Assembly: GCA_016178135.1 (NCBI GenBank)
Contig: JACOTW010000007.1
Location: forward strand, 431 to 64,430
Direction of reading: 5' to 3'
Source of the DNA: Candidatus Saccharimonadota bacterium
GTDB lineage: Bacteria > Patescibacteriota > Saccharimonadia > Saccharimonadales > JACOTW01
Length of the DNA: 64,000 bases
The notes under the pieces are model-generated. The model did no database searches and was not told where the DNA came from. It saw only the letters and a list, made by a program, of their open reading frames with translations. Numbering within the stretch: position 1 is the stretch's first letter; every line of letters starts with the position of its first letter. A program made the position numbers and the translations under genes. Of the stretch, positions 62,572 through 64,000 are shown one piece after another.

Positions 62572-63746
62572 AGAAGCCACCTTCCACCCCCCACCTTCCA
62601 CCTTCCAAATCGCCACGCGTGGCGATTGTGCATGATTGGTTATATGGTGGCGGAGCTGAGAAAGTTGTTTTGGAACTCCATAAAATGTTTCCGAAAGCAC
62701 CGATTTACACCTCGTATTGCACTGATGAGTGGCGGCAAAAACTGGATAACAAGGTTGTGACTGGCTATTTACAATACTGGCCATTCAGTAAATTACGAAA
62801 ATTTTTACCGATTCTGCGCCAACGCTGGTTCAGCGGATTAAATCTTGAGGGTTTTGATTTAGTTATCAGCAGCTCGGGCAATGGCGAAGCCAAATTTGTC
62901 CTATCAAAAATGCCATCTTCCAAACCAGTGCATATCTGTTACTGTCATACACCTCCGCACTTCTTGTGGAACAAATATGATCAATATCTAGAAAACCCTG
63001 GATTTCGTCCTAAATGGTTAGCAAGACTGGGTCTAAAATTACTAGTAAAACCACTTAGAAAACGTGACTACAACATAGCACAAAGAGTTGATTTTTTTAT
63101 TGCTAACTCAACCCATATTCAATCATATATAAAGCAGTATTATGGCCGAGATTCAGTGGTTATCCATCCGCCTGTTGATACTGATAGGTTTTCTAAAATC
63201 AAAGGGACCCAGAGGCAGGGTTTTATAACTGTTGGACGCCAAAATCCTTATAAAAGAACCGACATTTTGATTACTGCTTGCAACAAGCTCAAATTGCCTT
63301 TAACCGTAATTGGCAAAGGCCCCGAACATAAAGACCTAGTTAAGCTGGCTGGCCCTACAATTATGTTTGATACAAATGCCGATGACGACGCTATCGTCGA
63401 GTATATGGCTTCAACCGAGGCGTTTTTATTTGCCGCTGAAGAAGATTTTGGCATTACACCTGTTGAAGCCATGGCAGCCGGCACGCCGGTTATTGCCTAT
63501 AAGGCAGGAGGCGCCTTAGACTATGTTATAGAAGGCAAAACTGGATTATTTTTTGAAGAACAAACATCTGAAAGTTTAATGAAAGTCTTGCAAGATTTTA
63601 ATCCCAAAAAAATTGACGGCATAGAAATTAGCAAACATTCCGAGCTCTTTGCCGAAAAGCAATTCCATAAAAAGTTTAATAAGTTACTAACCGAAAATGT
63701 TCTATACTGGACTTACGCAAAGCTCCCTCATCCCCAGACCGAATAA
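62568..63746 (+). CDS. glycosyltransferase family 4 (GT-B, group 1)
   Basis: The C-terminal EDFGITPVEAMAAGTPVIA motif. The last ~13 codons and the stop are encoded by B10. Confidence 0.85.
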   Translation: MKKPPSTPHLPPSKSPRVAIVHDWLYGGGAEKVVLELHKMFPKAPIYTSYCTDEWRQKLDNKVVTGYLQYWPFSKLRKFLPILRQRWFSGLNLEGFDLVISSSGNGEAKFVLSKMPSSKPVHICYCHTPPHFLWNKYDQYLENPGFRPKWLARLGLKLLVKPLRKRDYNIAQRVDFFIANSTHIQSYIKQYYGRDSVVIHPPVDTDRFSKIKGTQRQGFITVGRQNPYKRTDILITACNKLKLPLTVIGKGPEHKDLVKLAGPTIMFDTNADDDAIVEYMASTEAFLFAAEEDFGITPVEAMAAGTPVIAYKAGGALDYVIEGKTGLFFEEQTSESLMKVLQDFNPKKIDGIEISKHSELFAEKQFHKKFNKLLTENVLYWTYAKLPHPQTE

Positions 63747-63868
63747 CCTCGGCTACAAACAGTTTTTCCTCTCTCGATGTACCTCCCTGGTACCTCTCCT
63801 TCAGACAAAACTGTTTTCGCTCGAGCTGATTCGCCCTGGGAACGAGGGATTTTGCGACAGGCCCAGTA
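63705..63868 (+). mobile_element. family-B element, copy B10 (full length; used here as the forward reference)
   Basis: TACTGGACTTACGCAAAGCTCCCTCATCCCCAGACCGAAT...CTGGGAACGAGGGATTTTGCGACAGGCCCAGTA. It is essentially the reverse complement of B8. Confidence 0.85.
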
Positions 63869-64000
63869 AAGCTATCCCCTATTTAGTCAACTCAAAATAT
63901 GTAATTGTAATTGGTAGACCAGGTAAGATCTTCAAATTTACCTTGCCCAGGTATTTACCATCACTTGTTTGGACTAATTCATCCACGACATAGCGTAACC

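Noticed and set aside
11738-63868. Family-B repeats considered as a CRISPR array or CRISPR remnants.
   Set aside because: The copies are dispersed over 52 kb, are 110-220 bp long and internally palindromic, and lack regular repeat-spacer periodicity. There are no cas genes.

Overview
This is a compact, AT-leaning bacterial window (about 40-45% GC by eye) with tightly packed genes and many short secreted or membrane proteins of unknown function. By inference only, the gene content fits a streamlined CPR/Patescibacteria (Saccharibacteria-like) genome.

Recognisable genes:
- RNA and translation: DEAD-box helicase, RRM RNA-binding protein, initiator tRNA, archaeal-type AspRS, tRNA-dihydrouridine synthase, PIF1/RecD-like helicase with HRDC.
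- Efflux: ABC ATPase and FtsX-like permease, MMPL, MarR, MFS.
- Redox: YgiD-type dioxygenase, HxlR, quinone reductase, glutaredoxin.
- Copper: a csoR-DUF305-copB operon with a textbook operator.
- Signalling and transport: histidine kinase with response regulator, Kef-type antiporter.
- Envelope and cell division: Mur ligase, FtsB/DivIC-like protein, and a uppP / GtrA / O-antigen-ligase / sugar-transferase / GT4 cluster.

Observations worth a second look:
1. A 609-aa gene (20509-22338, minus strand) switches at about codon 80-90 from AT-rich codons to about 70% GC. It encodes a tail-fibre-like N-terminus fused to an alpha/beta-hydrolase. A C9 tract sits in its putative promoter spacer, and four covarying palindromes lie downstream.
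2. At least three families of palindromic MITE-like repeats litter the window.
   - Family A is 139 nt, with four copies sharing an identical core. One copy splits nadD and another sits at the 5' end of a second gene.
   - Family B is about 155-220 nt with TA flanks and about ten copies. One copy is translated in frame inside a 506-aa ORF, and others supply stop codons or C-terminal tails.
3. A roughly 4.6-kb integrative element sits at the initiator tRNA. It carries a large serine recombinase, a TerS-like protein and a NYN nuclease.
4. A tRNA(CAU) is split by a 611-nt group I intron that carries an HNH endonuclease gene on the antisense strand.
5. A cobalamin-riboswitch-like leader precedes an uncharacterised Zn-ribbon protein and nadD.

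I found no rRNA genes and no CRISPR array. All coordinates and motif calls were made by eye, and repeat-element boundaries are good to about 3 nt.
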